Origin: a virus
DNA length: 64,000 nucleotides
Reading direction: 5' to 3' (one strand)
IMG/VR virus record: IMGVR_UViG_3300034954_001721
Position 1 is the first letter of the stretch, and each line of letters begins with the position of its first letter. The notes under the pieces were generated by a model. The model saw only the letters and a program-made list of their open reading frames with translations, made no database searches and was not told where the DNA came from. Position numbers and translations under genes: made by a program. Shown in pieces: positions 47,338 through 57,907 of this stretch.

Positions 47338-47633
47338 GAGGTTACTATTCAGTATTCAATCCTAGGGGAGAAAAAATTGCTGACTGTGGTATTGAGAGGG
47401 ATGCAGTCAATCTTATGCATACCCGAAACAAATACTGGGACGGACACTATTTCACGTTTAATCCTCTTCCAGGTGATATTGTTGATATTGGTAGTAAAGA
47501 ACTTCCTTATATTCCAGTAAAATCAATTGCTGATGACATTGTTGTCAATATGGACGGTGGAGTTGGTGGTTCTTGGAAAGTAGATTCTGTTCCTTTATTG
47601 GAAGAAAATGATGGAGAAATCTTTTCACCCTGA
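47334..47633 (+). CDS. Hypothetical protein
   Basis: ATGA coupling. Confidence 0.55.
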   Translation: MRGYYSVFNPRGEKIADCGIERDAVNLMHTRNKYWDGHYFTFNPLPGDIVDIGSKELPYIPVKSIADDIVVNMDGGVGGSWKVDSVPLLEENDGEIFSP

Positions 47634-47787
47634 TAGTTCAAACTGGAGGGAAGATTATAAACAGTTCACAAGTGACAAGAGAGATCTTGTTTTACTTGAG
47701 AATGGTCCTAAGAGTCTGGCACAGTCATGGCATATGCAAGCAATGTATAATAAGTGGAAAAAAATTAGGGGTATTGATACTAAATAA
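47611..47787 (+). CDS. 58 aa hypothetical protein (not in ORF track)
   Basis: ...NWREDYK...LLENGPKSLAQSW... Confidence 0.5.
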   Translation: MEKSFHPDSSNWREDYKQFTSDKRDLVLLENGPKSLAQSWHMQAMYNKWKKIRGIDTK

Positions 47788-47806
47788 TTGTAAGACGTAA
47801 TTTTTT

Positions 47807-48178
47807 ATGCCTCTCTACAATACTCCCGAAGCCTATGTCTTTAACCTCCAAACCACAAGTTCCGCCGAAGCAAAAAGGTTATGGAGGCAAAAGATAAAGG
47901 AAAGTTGGGATTATAAATGTGCCTATTGTGGGTCTGAGCACAAACTCACAATAGACCACATTCAACCACGTTCAAAGGGAGGCACGGACTTTACAAAGAA
48001 TTGTCTTTGTGCCTGTCACAAGTGTAATCAAGATAAAGGTCATACTCCTTGGGAAGATTGGTATCTTTCTCAGGAGTTTTTTAGTATCCAGCGTTATGAA
48101 AAAATCAAAGACTGGATGAAACCTGAGAAACCTGCTAATCTTTACATGTATCGTTCCAGAAGGAATAATGCGAGTTGA
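47807..48178 (+). CDS. HNH endonuclease
   Basis: CAYCG, TIDHIQPRSKGG, NCLCACHKCNQDKG; late promoter CTAAATA at 47780. Confidence 0.9.
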   Translation: MPLYNTPEAYVFNLQTTSSAEAKRLWRQKIKESWDYKCAYCGSEHKLTIDHIQPRSKGGTDFTKNCLCACHKCNQDKGHTPWEDWYLSQEFFSIQRYEKIKDWMKPEKPANLYMYRSRRNNAS

Positions 48179-48235
48179 ATAAATAAATGATAGCAGTACA
48201 TACTGCTATTTTTGGTAAATACCGAATGCGAATAA

Positions 48236-50092
48236 ATGGCAACACCGTTCAGAATTAAACGGTCTGCTGTACCTGGAAAGGTACCTCAGGTAGCGGATCT
48301 ACAGTTAGGAGAATTAGCTCTTAACACTAATGATGCAGAACTGTATGCTCTCAGAGTGAGAGCAGGATTATCAACGGACGTTGTTCGCGTCGGTGCGGGT
48401 GCAACTGTTACAAATATTTTATATGTCACAAAAGACGGAAAAGACACAAACACAGGAAAAAAACTTGGAGACGCAAAAGCAACAATCAGAGCAGCAGTCG
48501 CAATCGCTTCAACAATCCCAGGATCAGTTGTTAAAGTTTCTTCTGGGACTTACGTAGAAAACAATCCTATCAAGGTTGGACCACAAATCAGTGTTATTGG
48601 AGATAGTCTTAGAGAAGTTACAGTCGTTCCACAAAACGCTGGTAGCGACTTATTCCATGTAGCACCAGGTAATTACTTTAGTGAGATGTCGTTCACTGGA
48701 ACGATGAATTCTGGAAAGTCGGTCTTTGCTTTTGATCCAAGTGTAATCAGATATTCTAACCAGTCACCATATATTAGAAACTGTACAAACTTCATTACTA
48801 ATAGTATTGGAATGAAGATTGATGGTAATCACGCCATCGGTCCATTCAAGAGTTTTGTTACTGATTCTTATACACAATACAATCAAAATGGTATTGGGTG
48901 TTCTATTACAAACGAAGGATATGCTCAAATCGTTTCAATGTTCACTATCAATAGTGATATTGGAGTATATGCTGGAAGTGGTGGACAGTGTGATATAACA
49001 AACTCCAACTCATCATTTGGTAACTTTGGATTAGTTGCTGATGGAGTTGGACCTAGAAAGTATACTGGAATAATAAACGCTGCTAAAGAAGAAAATTCTA
49101 GTGAATTTGAACTTAATTTAAACACTACATCTTATAATGTTTCTGGTGCTACTTACGAAAAAGAAACTGGAATAACTACAATAACAACTTCATCAAATCA
49201 TAATTTTGAAGTTGGAATGAGTGTTTCATTAGCAAATCTAGAATTTACTTGTTCATCAGAACATGCTGGTGTTACTACTACAATATTCCCTGATGGAACT
49301 AATGGATACACCTTTGAAGTTTCTTCTGTAAATTCTAGTAATGAGTTTACAGTTAATGTTGGTCCATCAACTATTGGACACACATATAGTTCTGGTGGAA
49401 CTGCTAACATCTATGCAGTAAGACCTTTTGATGGGCAAGTAGTTTATTTTGATGAACTTTATAAAAAGGTTTCTAAAATTGCAGTGACTGATGGTGGGTC
49501 TGGATACACTACTGCACCTGAAATCACTATTGATTCTCCAACAACAAGTTGGGGTATTCCTGCGACTGCAACTGCCGAAATAAAAAATGGTTCTGTTGAA
49601 TCTATCATTCTTATTTCTGAGGGTAGAGGATATGAATCTATACCATCAATTTCTGTAAGTGGGTCTGCTACTGCCTCAATTGAAATGATTGATGATTATT
49701 ATGTAATATCAAAATCAACACCAATATCTAATGGTATATCTACTATTACAGTGACATCAAATGTTCCATATGCTGTTGGAGTTGGAACTACAGTTCCTTT
49801 CTACAAGCAAAGTAGAGTTCTTGCATCTAGTCATGCGTTTGAATATGTTGGTTCTGGAACTGATCCTGTAACATCACTTCCTTCGCGTGGTGGTGTTGCT
49901 ATACAAGACAATGAAGTAGATAATCGTGCTGGTGGATTGGTTGTTTATACTTCTACTGATCAAACTGGAAATTTCAGAATTGGTGAGGGCGTACAAATTA
50001 ATCAGCAAGAGGGAACTATTTCAGGAACCTTCTATAGTAAGAGTTTGTTTTCTACAATGACACCATTTATCTTAGCATTAGGAGGAGATTAA
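48236..50092 (+). CDS. Virion structural/tail-fibre-associated protein
   Basis: Fibre-type N-terminus IKRSAVPGKVP...GELALN; beta-helix-like region; GGSGYTTAP repeats; TAAATA at 48180. Confidence 0.7.
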   Translation: MATPFRIKRSAVPGKVPQVADLQLGELALNTNDAELYALRVRAGLSTDVVRVGAGATVTNILYVTKDGKDTNTGKKLGDAKATIRAAVAIASTIPGSVVKVSSGTYVENNPIKVGPQISVIGDSLREVTVVPQNAGSDLFHVAPGNYFSEMSFTGTMNSGKSVFAFDPSVIRYSNQSPYIRNCTNFITNSIGMKIDGNHAIGPFKSFVTDSYTQYNQNGIGCSITNEGYAQIVSMFTINSDIGVYAGSGGQCDITNSNSSFGNFGLVADGVGPRKYTGIINAAKEENSSEFELNLNTTSYNVSGATYEKETGITTITTSSNHNFEVGMSVSLANLEFTCSSEHAGVTTTIFPDGTNGYTFEVSSVNSSNEFTVNVGPSTIGHTYSSGGTANIYAVRPFDGQVVYFDELYKKVSKIAVTDGGSGYTTAPEITIDSPTTSWGIPATATAEIKNGSVESIILISEGRGYESIPSISVSGSATASIEMIDDYYVISKSTPISNGISTITVTSNVPYAVGVGTTVPFYKQSRVLASSHAFEYVGSGTDPVTSLPSRGGVAIQDNEVDNRAGGLVVYTSTDQTGNFRIGEGVQINQQEGTISGTFYSKSLFSTMTPFILALGGD

Positions 50093-50095
50093 AAA

Positions 50096-50437
50096 ATGGC
50101 TTTAGCACTTAATGTATTCAAGACAGTAACAAAAGTAGTTCCTACAAATCCTGTGGGAATTTATACAGCACCAGTTGGATATACTGGAGTTGTATTGTTA
50201 GCACAATGTGCAAATGTTGGATCAACCACACAGAGAGTTTCTTTTTCCCATGAAAGAACCGTTGCTGGTGTAGCAGTAACAACAGAAATTTTAAAAGATT
50301 TTGCTATTGAATCAAGTGATACTGCAAACTTACTTGTAGGAAAGTTGGTTCTTGAGTCAAATGATGTTTTAGTGATTTCGGGAACAACTGGGACCGATAT
50401 TAAATTTTTAGGTAGTATTTTAGAAACCCTTAAATAA
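50096..50437 (+). CDS. Small structural protein
   Basis: YTAP...VLESND...SILE pattern in the structural operon. Confidence 0.6.
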   Translation: MALALNVFKTVTKVVPTNPVGIYTAPVGYTGVVLLAQCANVGSTTQRVSFSHERTVAGVAVTTEILKDFAIESSDTANLLVGKLVLESNDVLVISGTTGTDIKFLGSILETLK

Positions 50438-50450
50438 TTTTTAAAGAACA

Positions 50451-53400
50451 ATGGCAAAGTACGCTTCTGGCAATCAAGAAAGATTAAGAGTAGGATTTAC
50501 TAATAACAACGAAAATGATACTTCTCTTAGAGTTGTTGGTAACGTTGGTATTGGAACAACAGTTTTTGATGCCAGTAAGTCGTTAGATGTTAGGGGAAAT
50601 GTAGATGTAGATGGTGACGTTAATATAACGGGTGTAATTACTGCTACTAGAATTTATAGTACTCTTTTTGGAGAATTCACTGGGTCTTCTGTATCGGCAG
50701 ATAATCTAGTTGGAACTGCATTATCTATTTCTGGTATTTCTACATTTACTGGTGCAATTGATGCAAATGGTGATTTAGATGTTGATGGACACACTGAACT
50801 TGATAACTTAAATGTATCTGGTGTTTCTACTTTTAGTGAAGATATAATTTTCACAGGTGCAAACTCTAATGCAAGATGGGATTACTCTGCAAGTGATTTA
50901 ACTTTATTTGATAATACTAGATTAATATTTGGAAGTAATGATGATTTCCAAATATGGCATGGAGGTTCTCATACCTTCATGAAAAATAGTGGTGGTGATT
51001 TAAGAATTCGTGGTGATAAAATCCTACTTAAAAGGGAAGATGACAGTGAGAAATATCTTGAAGCCACTGTTAATAACGACGTAAAATTATTTTTTAATGA
51101 TACTGAAAAGTTTGCTACAACTACTGATGGAGTAGCAGTTTCTGGTGTTGTAACTGCAATTTCTGGTGTTGTAACTTACTTTGGTGATGGATCTCAGTTA
51201 TCTAATTTACCTAGTAGTGGTTTAAATCAAATTCAAGAGGAGGGGTCTGTTGTAGGAACTTCCATTACCTCTTTGAATTTTGTAGGTAATAATATAACTG
51301 CAACTGGAGTTGGTGCTGCTGCTACAGTAACCTTAAGTGAAACTCCAACATTTAATAGTCTCAAAGTAACAGGTTTATCAACCTTTGTTGGAGTAGCTAC
51401 ATTTACCACAAATGATGTTTATATTGCTAATCGTCTGTTTGTTGGTGGTTTAGAAGTAGAAGGTGGTGGTGGAGCAAACGTATTTTCTGGGATATCTACA
51501 TTTACTAATTTAACTGATAACGTTCTTGGTGATCCAAACACTGGTGCTGTTCAAATTAATGGTGGACTTGGAATTGATAAGAATACAACTGTTGGTTCTG
51601 GATTATCAGTTGTAGGTCATACTGCAACTGATACTCTGAATGTTTCTGGTGTTTCTACTTTCGTTGGTATTACTACCAATCAATCAACATTATTTGCAAA
51701 GCAGTTAAATGTCTCTGGTGTTTCTACATTCCATGATGATATTAACTTAAAAATTAATGAAAGTATTAATTTTGGTTCTACTGGTCGTGCTGTAAGAAGT
51801 TCTGGTGATGAATTAATTCTTAGAACTACTGGTGTTAATGACATAAAAATATCCGCCAATGATGATGGTGCAACTCATGGAAATGTTGAAATAAGAACTG
51901 GTGCAGCTGGCGGTAAAGTTTATCTTACTGGTACTGGTGGTGTAGGAATTTATCATACTGATACTGCATTAAAATTAGAAACCACTGGTATTGGTGTATC
52001 AGTTGTTAATGGAACATCAGATACTGCAACAATTGCTGGTCCCTCTAATCTTATTATTGATCCTGGAACAGTTGGTGATAACACTGGTATAGTAAGAATC
52101 AAAGGTGATTTATTTGTTGATGGTACTCAGACTCAAATTAATTCAACAACAATTGAACTTGCAGACTTTGTAGTTGGAATTGCTACAACTGCAACTAGTG
52201 ACCTACTTGCTGATGGTGCTGGTATTGAAATTGGTCCAGATAATACCTTCAAGTATCACCATAATGGTGGAACCAATCCATCACTGAAATCTAGTGAGAA
52301 CTTAAATGTTGCATCTGGAAAAGGATATCAGATTAATCAAACAGAAGTTCTTAATGCGACCACATTGGGATCGAATGTAGTTAATTCTTCATTAACTTCT
52401 GTTGGAACTCTTACCGCACTTACAGTTTCTGGTAATGTAACCGCAAATGGAAATATTGTAGGTGATAATGCGACTAATATTTCTGGTATTAATTCAGTAA
52501 CCGCTACATCATTCCACGGTAATGGTGCTGGATTAACTGATATCACTGCGTCTCAAGTAGGTGCTCTTGCTGATCTTGTAAATGATGCTACACCACAACT
52601 TGGTGGTGATTTAGATCTTAATGGTAATGATATTACTGGAACGGGTAATTTTAACGTTACCGGTGTTATTACTGCAACATCATTTGTTGGTAATGGTGTT
52701 GGATTGACTGGTATTACTGCATCTCAAGTAGGTGCTCTTGCTAATGTTGTTGAAGACACAACACCACAACTTGGTGGTGATTTGGATGGTAATGCAAAAA
52801 ATATCTATAATGTTGGAATTACATCTTCTTCTGCTTTTGCAGATTTTGATTATTTACAGGCACCATTTGGTAGCACAGTTACATTTACTGTTACTGTTGC
52901 AAGTAAGGATTCTTCTCACAGATATAATGGAACAGGTAGTGGTAGTGGATATTTGATCAATGGAGTTCAGGCACCATTCTTAACATTAACACCTGGAAGA
53001 ACTTATAGATTTACAAACGACAATACTGGAAGTCATCCCCTTAAGTTCTATCTTGAAGCAGATAAGACTACAGAATATACTTCAGGTGTAAGTTTCCAGA
53101 ATACTTATACAGAAATAACAGTAAGTGATCAAACTCCAGTGGTTCTTCATTATCAATGTACTGCTCATGGATACATGGGTAATGCTGTTCAGGTGAATTC
53201 GAACGTTGTTAATACAAATTATCCAGCAACTCTTCGTGATTCACTTACGGTTTCTGGTGATATCAATGCTAATGGAAATATTGTAGGTGACAACTCAACT
53301 AATATTTCTGGTATCAATCAAGTAACTGCTACATCATTCTCGGGTAATGGTGCTTCGCTCACTAATGTTGATGCAACCACGCTAGATGGTATTGACTCTA

Positions 53401-55805
53401 CCTCCTTCCTCCGTAGTGATGCTGCTGATGAAAAAACTTCTGGTAACTTAACATTTAATGATAGTATTGAGGCTCGGTTTGGAACTGGTGGTGATCTACA
53501 ACTCTGGCATAATGGAAGTCAATCATACATTAGCAACATTACAGGAAATTTAAATATTAGAACCACCTCATCTGCTGGTGATATCAACTTAAATTCTAAT
53601 GATAATGTTAGTATTAAAGTACAGGGAGGAAATGAAACTGCTGCGACCTTTACTCAAAATGGTTCAGTTGACCTTTATTATGATAACTCCAAGAAATTTG
53701 AAACCACTGCTTCTGGTATTGATGTAACAGGACATACTGAAACTGATACTCTTAATGTTTCTGGTGTTTCTACATTTGCTGGTAATGTTAGATTTAATAG
53801 CACAATCGCAGTTCATGATGGTACAACAGGAACAAGTGGACAATATTTAAAGTCAATCGGAACTGGAGTTACTTGGGCAACATTCCCAACACTTAGAACG
53901 ACTCAAACGAATACTGCTACTGCTGGACAGACTACATTTAATTTCTCTTATAATGTAAACTTCCTTGATGTATTTGTTAACGGTGTAAAACTTACTTCAG
54001 CAGAATATACTGCATCAAATGGAAGTCAGATTATACTGAGTACACCTGCATTTGTAGGTGAAATTGTTGAATTCCATTCTTATAATACTACCAGCACAGG
54101 TGGAGGTGGTGGTTCTTACGGAAATAATGATGTAGATGCACACCTCAATGTTAGTGGTGCTTCCTCGGGGCAAATTCTGAGTTGGAATGGTTCTGATTAT
54201 GCTTGGGTAGCAGATCAGACTGGTGGTACTGGTGTTACCACAGATGCCCAGCAAAATACTTATGCTGGTGAATTGGCTGGTGGTAGTTTCTCTGGTACTG
54301 ATGCTCAATACAATACATTATTTGGATATGATGCTGGTGGAGACATCACTACTGGAGACTATAATACTTTTGTTGGATGGACTGCTGGAGATAAAGTTAC
54401 TACAGGATATAAGAATGTTGCTGTGGGTGCAGAGGCATTAGATTTTTGTACTGAAGGATACAGTAATGTTGCTGTGGGTTGGGAAGCTGCTAGGTCAATA
54501 ACCAGTGGTTATAATAATGTCGCCATCGGTGACATGGCAGGAAGAACATTTAGTAGTACAGTTGAATGTATTGCGATTGGAGCTCATGCTGCATCTAATT
54601 TCGGTTCTGGTACAAGAGTTATTGGAATTGGTGGTGAGTCTGTTTTCTTAGGTGGAACAGATGTGATAGGGATAGGTAAATTCACAATGGCGAGAGGTGG
54701 TAGTCAGACTGGTGGTATTGGTATTGGATATTATGCTGGAAGAAATAATGCTGGTGATTATAATGTTTATATTGGTTATGAAGCTGGTCTTGGTAACGAT
54801 AGTAGTCCTTTTTCTACGGGAGAATATAATCTTTCTTTAGGATATAGATCTTTATATGTAATTGATACTGGACATGATAATATTGCTATTGGACATAGTA
54901 GTGGAAATACGATTACCACTGGATCTAACAATATAATACTTGGAAATAATGCTCAAGTTTCTTCAGCAACTGCAACTAATGAAGTAGTTATTGGTGATTC
55001 GAATATCACCAAGTTTAGTATTCCAGGTATTGGAGTTACTCTTAAAGATAATGGTGGAACCCCAACTCAAGGACATGTGCTGACTGTTGATGCTAATGGT
55101 GAAGCAAGTTTTGCTGCTGCTTCTGGTGGAGGTAGTGGAACTATAACTGGAGTTACTGCTGGAACTGGTTTATCTGGTGGTGGAACAAGTGGTACTGTAA
55201 CTGTTAATTTAGCAAATACTTCTGTAACTGCTGGTAGTTATTCTAATGCAAATATTACTGTTGATGCTCAGGGACGTATTACTGCTGCATCAGCAGGTTC
55301 TGGAGGTGGAGGATCATATGGAGATGCTGATGTAGATACTCATCTTAATAGATCTACAGCATCTTCTGGTGAACTATTAAGTTGGAATGGTTCTGATTAT
55401 GATTGGGTATCTGGTGTTACAACTTCTAGATTTGTTGCTTCTAATAATACTGGAAGTATTGGTGCTGGAACAACCACGGATATTACAATTACTGGAGCAA
55501 AAGCATACTCATTATTTAAGGTTGTGACTTCACATGCTGCTTGGGTAAGACTGTATACTGATACAACTTCTAGAACTAATGATGCCTCCAGAGCATATAC
55601 AACTGACCCAACCCCTGGTTCTGGTGTTCTTGCTGAAGTTTATAGCACCACTTCTGGTTCTAATACTTTCAAAATGACTCCAGCAGTTATGGGATGGAAT
55701 GATGATGGTACACCAAGCACAAACATCTATGCTAAAGTGACTAATAATGAATCAACATCACAAGATATTACTATATCACTCACAATCCTTCGCACGGAAG
55801 ATTAA
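50451..55805 (+). CDS. Long tail-fibre-like protein with cupredoxin-like and beta-roll domains
   Basis: Repeated LNVSGVSTF, TPQLGGDLD, NxxxGxxAG; ITVDAQGRIT; HP...YQCTAHGYM. Confidence 0.8.
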   Translation: MAKYASGNQERLRVGFTNNNENDTSLRVVGNVGIGTTVFDASKSLDVRGNVDVDGDVNITGVITATRIYSTLFGEFTGSSVSADNLVGTALSISGISTFTGAIDANGDLDVDGHTELDNLNVSGVSTFSEDIIFTGANSNARWDYSASDLTLFDNTRLIFGSNDDFQIWHGGSHTFMKNSGGDLRIRGDKILLKREDDSEKYLEATVNNDVKLFFNDTEKFATTTDGVAVSGVVTAISGVVTYFGDGSQLSNLPSSGLNQIQEEGSVVGTSITSLNFVGNNITATGVGAAATVTLSETPTFNSLKVTGLSTFVGVATFTTNDVYIANRLFVGGLEVEGGGGANVFSGISTFTNLTDNVLGDPNTGAVQINGGLGIDKNTTVGSGLSVVGHTATDTLNVSGVSTFVGITTNQSTLFAKQLNVSGVSTFHDDINLKINESINFGSTGRAVRSSGDELILRTTGVNDIKISANDDGATHGNVEIRTGAAGGKVYLTGTGGVGIYHTDTALKLETTGIGVSVVNGTSDTATIAGPSNLIIDPGTVGDNTGIVRIKGDLFVDGTQTQINSTTIELADFVVGIATTATSDLLADGAGIEIGPDNTFKYHHNGGTNPSLKSSENLNVASGKGYQINQTEVLNATTLGSNVVNSSLTSVGTLTALTVSGNVTANGNIVGDNATNISGINSVTATSFHGNGAGLTDITASQVGALADLVNDATPQLGGDLDLNGNDITGTGNFNVTGVITATSFVGNGVGLTGITASQVGALANVVEDTTPQLGGDLDGNAKNIYNVGITSSSAFADFDYLQAPFGSTVTFTVTVASKDSSHRYNGTGSGSGYLINGVQAPFLTLTPGRTYRFTNDNTGSHPLKFYLEADKTTEYTSGVSFQNTYTEITVSDQTPVVLHYQCTAHGYMGNAVQVNSNVVNTNYPATLRDSLTVSGDINANGNIVGDNSTNISGINQVTATSFSGNGASLTNVDATTLDGIDSTSFLRSDAADEKTSGNLTFNDSIEARFGTGGDLQLWHNGSQSYISNITGNLNIRTTSSAGDINLNSNDNVSIKVQGGNETAATFTQNGSVDLYYDNSKKFETTASGIDVTGHTETDTLNVSGVSTFAGNVRFNSTIAVHDGTTGTSGQYLKSIGTGVTWATFPTLRTTQTNTATAGQTTFNFSYNVNFLDVFVNGVKLTSAEYTASNGSQIILSTPAFVGEIVEFHSYNTTSTGGGGGSYGNNDVDAHLNVSGASSGQILSWNGSDYAWVADQTGGTGVTTDAQQNTYAGELAGGSFSGTDAQYNTLFGYDAGGDITTGDYNTFVGWTAGDKVTTGYKNVAVGAEALDFCTEGYSNVAVGWEAARSITSGYNNVAIGDMAGRTFSSTVECIAIGAHAASNFGSGTRVIGIGGESVFLGGTDVIGIGKFTMARGGSQTGGIGIGYYAGRNNAGDYNVYIGYEAGLGNDSSPFSTGEYNLSLGYRSLYVIDTGHDNIAIGHSSGNTITTGSNNIILGNNAQVSSATATNEVVIGDSNITKFSIPGIGVTLKDNGGTPTQGHVLTVDANGEASFAAASGGGSGTITGVTAGTGLSGGGTSGTVTVNLANTSVTAGSYSNANITVDAQGRITAASAGSGGGGSYGDADVDTHLNRSTASSGELLSWNGSDYDWVSGVTTSRFVASNNTGSIGAGTTTDITITGAKAYSLFKVVTSHAAWVRLYTDTTSRTNDASRAYTTDPTPGSGVLAEVYSTTSGSNTFKMTPAVMGWNDDGTPSTNIYAKVTNNESTSQDITISLTILRTED

Positions 55806-57844
55806 TGAAAGAATATATCCTAACTTGTAGATCATACGAAGACTTAGAAGATCTTTATAATGATATGGAGACTCCTGGTGGGTCTTTATATATTCCTGAT
55901 AGAGCAGTTGAGTTAGTTCATAGGAGAACCATTAGTCGTAATACACATTATATGCTAACTGAAGAGGAAGCAGTGGAGATAAGAAATGATCCTAGAGTGC
56001 TTGGATGTGAAATTACATTTAAAGATTCTGAAATAATTAAAGTAGGATATGATTGGACACAAACTGCTGATTTCAATAAAACTACTGGAACTTTTTCTGG
56101 TGATGATAAAAACTGGGGATTGTATAGAACAGTAAAAGGTGAAACATTATATGATTCTGCAGCAACATATGATATTACTGTAACAGCATCAGGATCTTCA
56201 AACTATACTTTATCTGGTAATGATAGAAATGGTAGTGTTTCTGGAAGTGATCCTACAGTCACATTTAATGTAGGTGATACGATGAAATTTGCAGTTAATG
56301 CATCTGGTCATCCATTTTATATAAGAGTAAGTAATGGTGGTTCTAATGTGAGTACTCCTGCTGCTACAGGTCAAGGGTCTACCAATGGAACTGTTACTTG
56401 GACACCTAATACTGCAGGAACATATTATTATCAATGTGGTTTTCACTCTAGTATGATTGGAACAATTACTGTTAATGAAGTTTCCAGTAGTTGGGGTAGT
56501 AATGATACTTCCGAGATAACGAATAAAAATATTGTTACTACAGCATCAGGAAAGAATGTTGATGTTGTGATTGTTGATGGACATGTCAATCCAGATCATC
56601 CAGAATTTGCTGTTAATCCTGATGGGACAGGTGGTAGTAGAGTTAATCAATTTAACTGGTTTCAATATAATTCTGTATTAGGATATGGATCTAACGGAAC
56701 TTATACTTACAGTACCTCTGGTGCTTCGCCAAACACGAATCATGGAACTCATGTTGCAGGGACAGTAGCTGGTAATACACAAGGATGGGCAAGAGATGCT
56801 AACATCTATAATATGGCTTTCAGCGATAGTTTATCCGGTGTAACCAGTTGGTCTGAAAAGTTGTGGGATTATCTTCGTCATTTTCATAAGAATAAACCAA
56901 TCAATTCTGAAACTGGTAGAAGAAATCCAACTGTAACCAATCATAGTTGGGGTGCTGCATACATTACATTATATCTCACCGATACTGGAACTCATGTTGA
57001 CTCTGTAAATTATAGAGGAACAACTACAACAATGACTGGTACCGAATCTGAAAGAAAGGCATTGTTGGAAGCAAGAGGTGTTCCTTGCCGACTAGGAAAT
57101 TTTGTTTATAAACTTCCATCTGCAAGTACAGCATTAAGTGCTGATATAGAAGATGCTATAAATGATGGTGTGATTGTAATTTCTTCGGCAGGAAACAGTG
57201 CATTTAATGCTGATATTTCTACAGGTCTGGACTATAATAACACTTTAACTTTTACACATAGTGGTTTTTCTTATACAGTATATACAAATCGTGGTGGATC
57301 ACCAGGATTTTGTCCTGGTGTAATATGTGTTGGTTCTGTAGGTTCTAAAAAAGAGGAATATAAATCTGATTTTAGTAACTGGGGTGCTAGAGTAGATATA
57401 TGGGCATCTGGTAGTGATATTATTTCTGCTGTTTATGATAGTTCTAGTGCTACTACAGAAAGCAGTGGTGGATATACTCCTATTATTGCTGACTCTAGAA
57501 ATTCTTCATATCATCTTGCTTCGATTAGTGGAACAAGTATGTCCTCTCCACAGGTCTGTGGAGTTATTGCTTGTCTTGCCGAACAAGAACAAAATATTAC
57601 TCAAGCAGAAGCACTTCAATATTTGAAAGAAACATCCACATCTAATGTAGGTGATCAAGGAGGTAATCCTCATGCTTCTCCTTATGAAGGATTTGGATCT
57701 ACAAGTAATAATAGATATCTTTTTGATAAAAAAAAGAGACCTACTAGTGGGACATTATCTCCTGCAGTCTTACATAAGAATAGAAATCCAGATTCTTCTG
57801 GAGTAAAATATCCTAGAGTGAGGAATAATAGAGTATTTAAATGA
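55805..57844 (+). CDS. Subtilisin-like S8 serine protease with inserted cupredoxin-like domain
   Basis: Catalytic VIVDG, HGTHVAGT, SAGN, SGTSMSSP. Confidence 0.88.
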   Translation: MKEYILTCRSYEDLEDLYNDMETPGGSLYIPDRAVELVHRRTISRNTHYMLTEEEAVEIRNDPRVLGCEITFKDSEIIKVGYDWTQTADFNKTTGTFSGDDKNWGLYRTVKGETLYDSAATYDITVTASGSSNYTLSGNDRNGSVSGSDPTVTFNVGDTMKFAVNASGHPFYIRVSNGGSNVSTPAATGQGSTNGTVTWTPNTAGTYYYQCGFHSSMIGTITVNEVSSSWGSNDTSEITNKNIVTTASGKNVDVVIVDGHVNPDHPEFAVNPDGTGGSRVNQFNWFQYNSVLGYGSNGTYTYSTSGASPNTNHGTHVAGTVAGNTQGWARDANIYNMAFSDSLSGVTSWSEKLWDYLRHFHKNKPINSETGRRNPTVTNHSWGAAYITLYLTDTGTHVDSVNYRGTTTTMTGTESERKALLEARGVPCRLGNFVYKLPSASTALSADIEDAINDGVIVISSAGNSAFNADISTGLDYNNTLTFTHSGFSYTVYTNRGGSPGFCPGVICVGSVGSKKEEYKSDFSNWGARVDIWASGSDIISAVYDSSSATTESSGGYTPIIADSRNSSYHLASISGTSMSSPQVCGVIACLAEQEQNITQAEALQYLKETSTSNVGDQGGNPHASPYEGFGSTSNNRYLFDKKKRPTSGTLSPAVLHKNRNPDSSGVKYPRVRNNRVFK

Positions 57845-57882
57845 ATATTTAAATGATAAAGAAAGATATCTTCTATCTAAAG

Positions 57883-57890
57883 TATAAATA
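57883..57890 (+). promoter_or_regulatory. T4 late promoter TATAAATA
   Basis: About 17 nt upstream of ATG 57908. Confidence 0.75.
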
Positions 57891-57907
57891 TCTAAAAAAG
57901 ACCTAGA

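Noticed and set aside
47807-48178. HNH as part of a defence or mobile system
   Set aside because: Stand-alone short HNH, common in phages; no partner genes or flanking repeats
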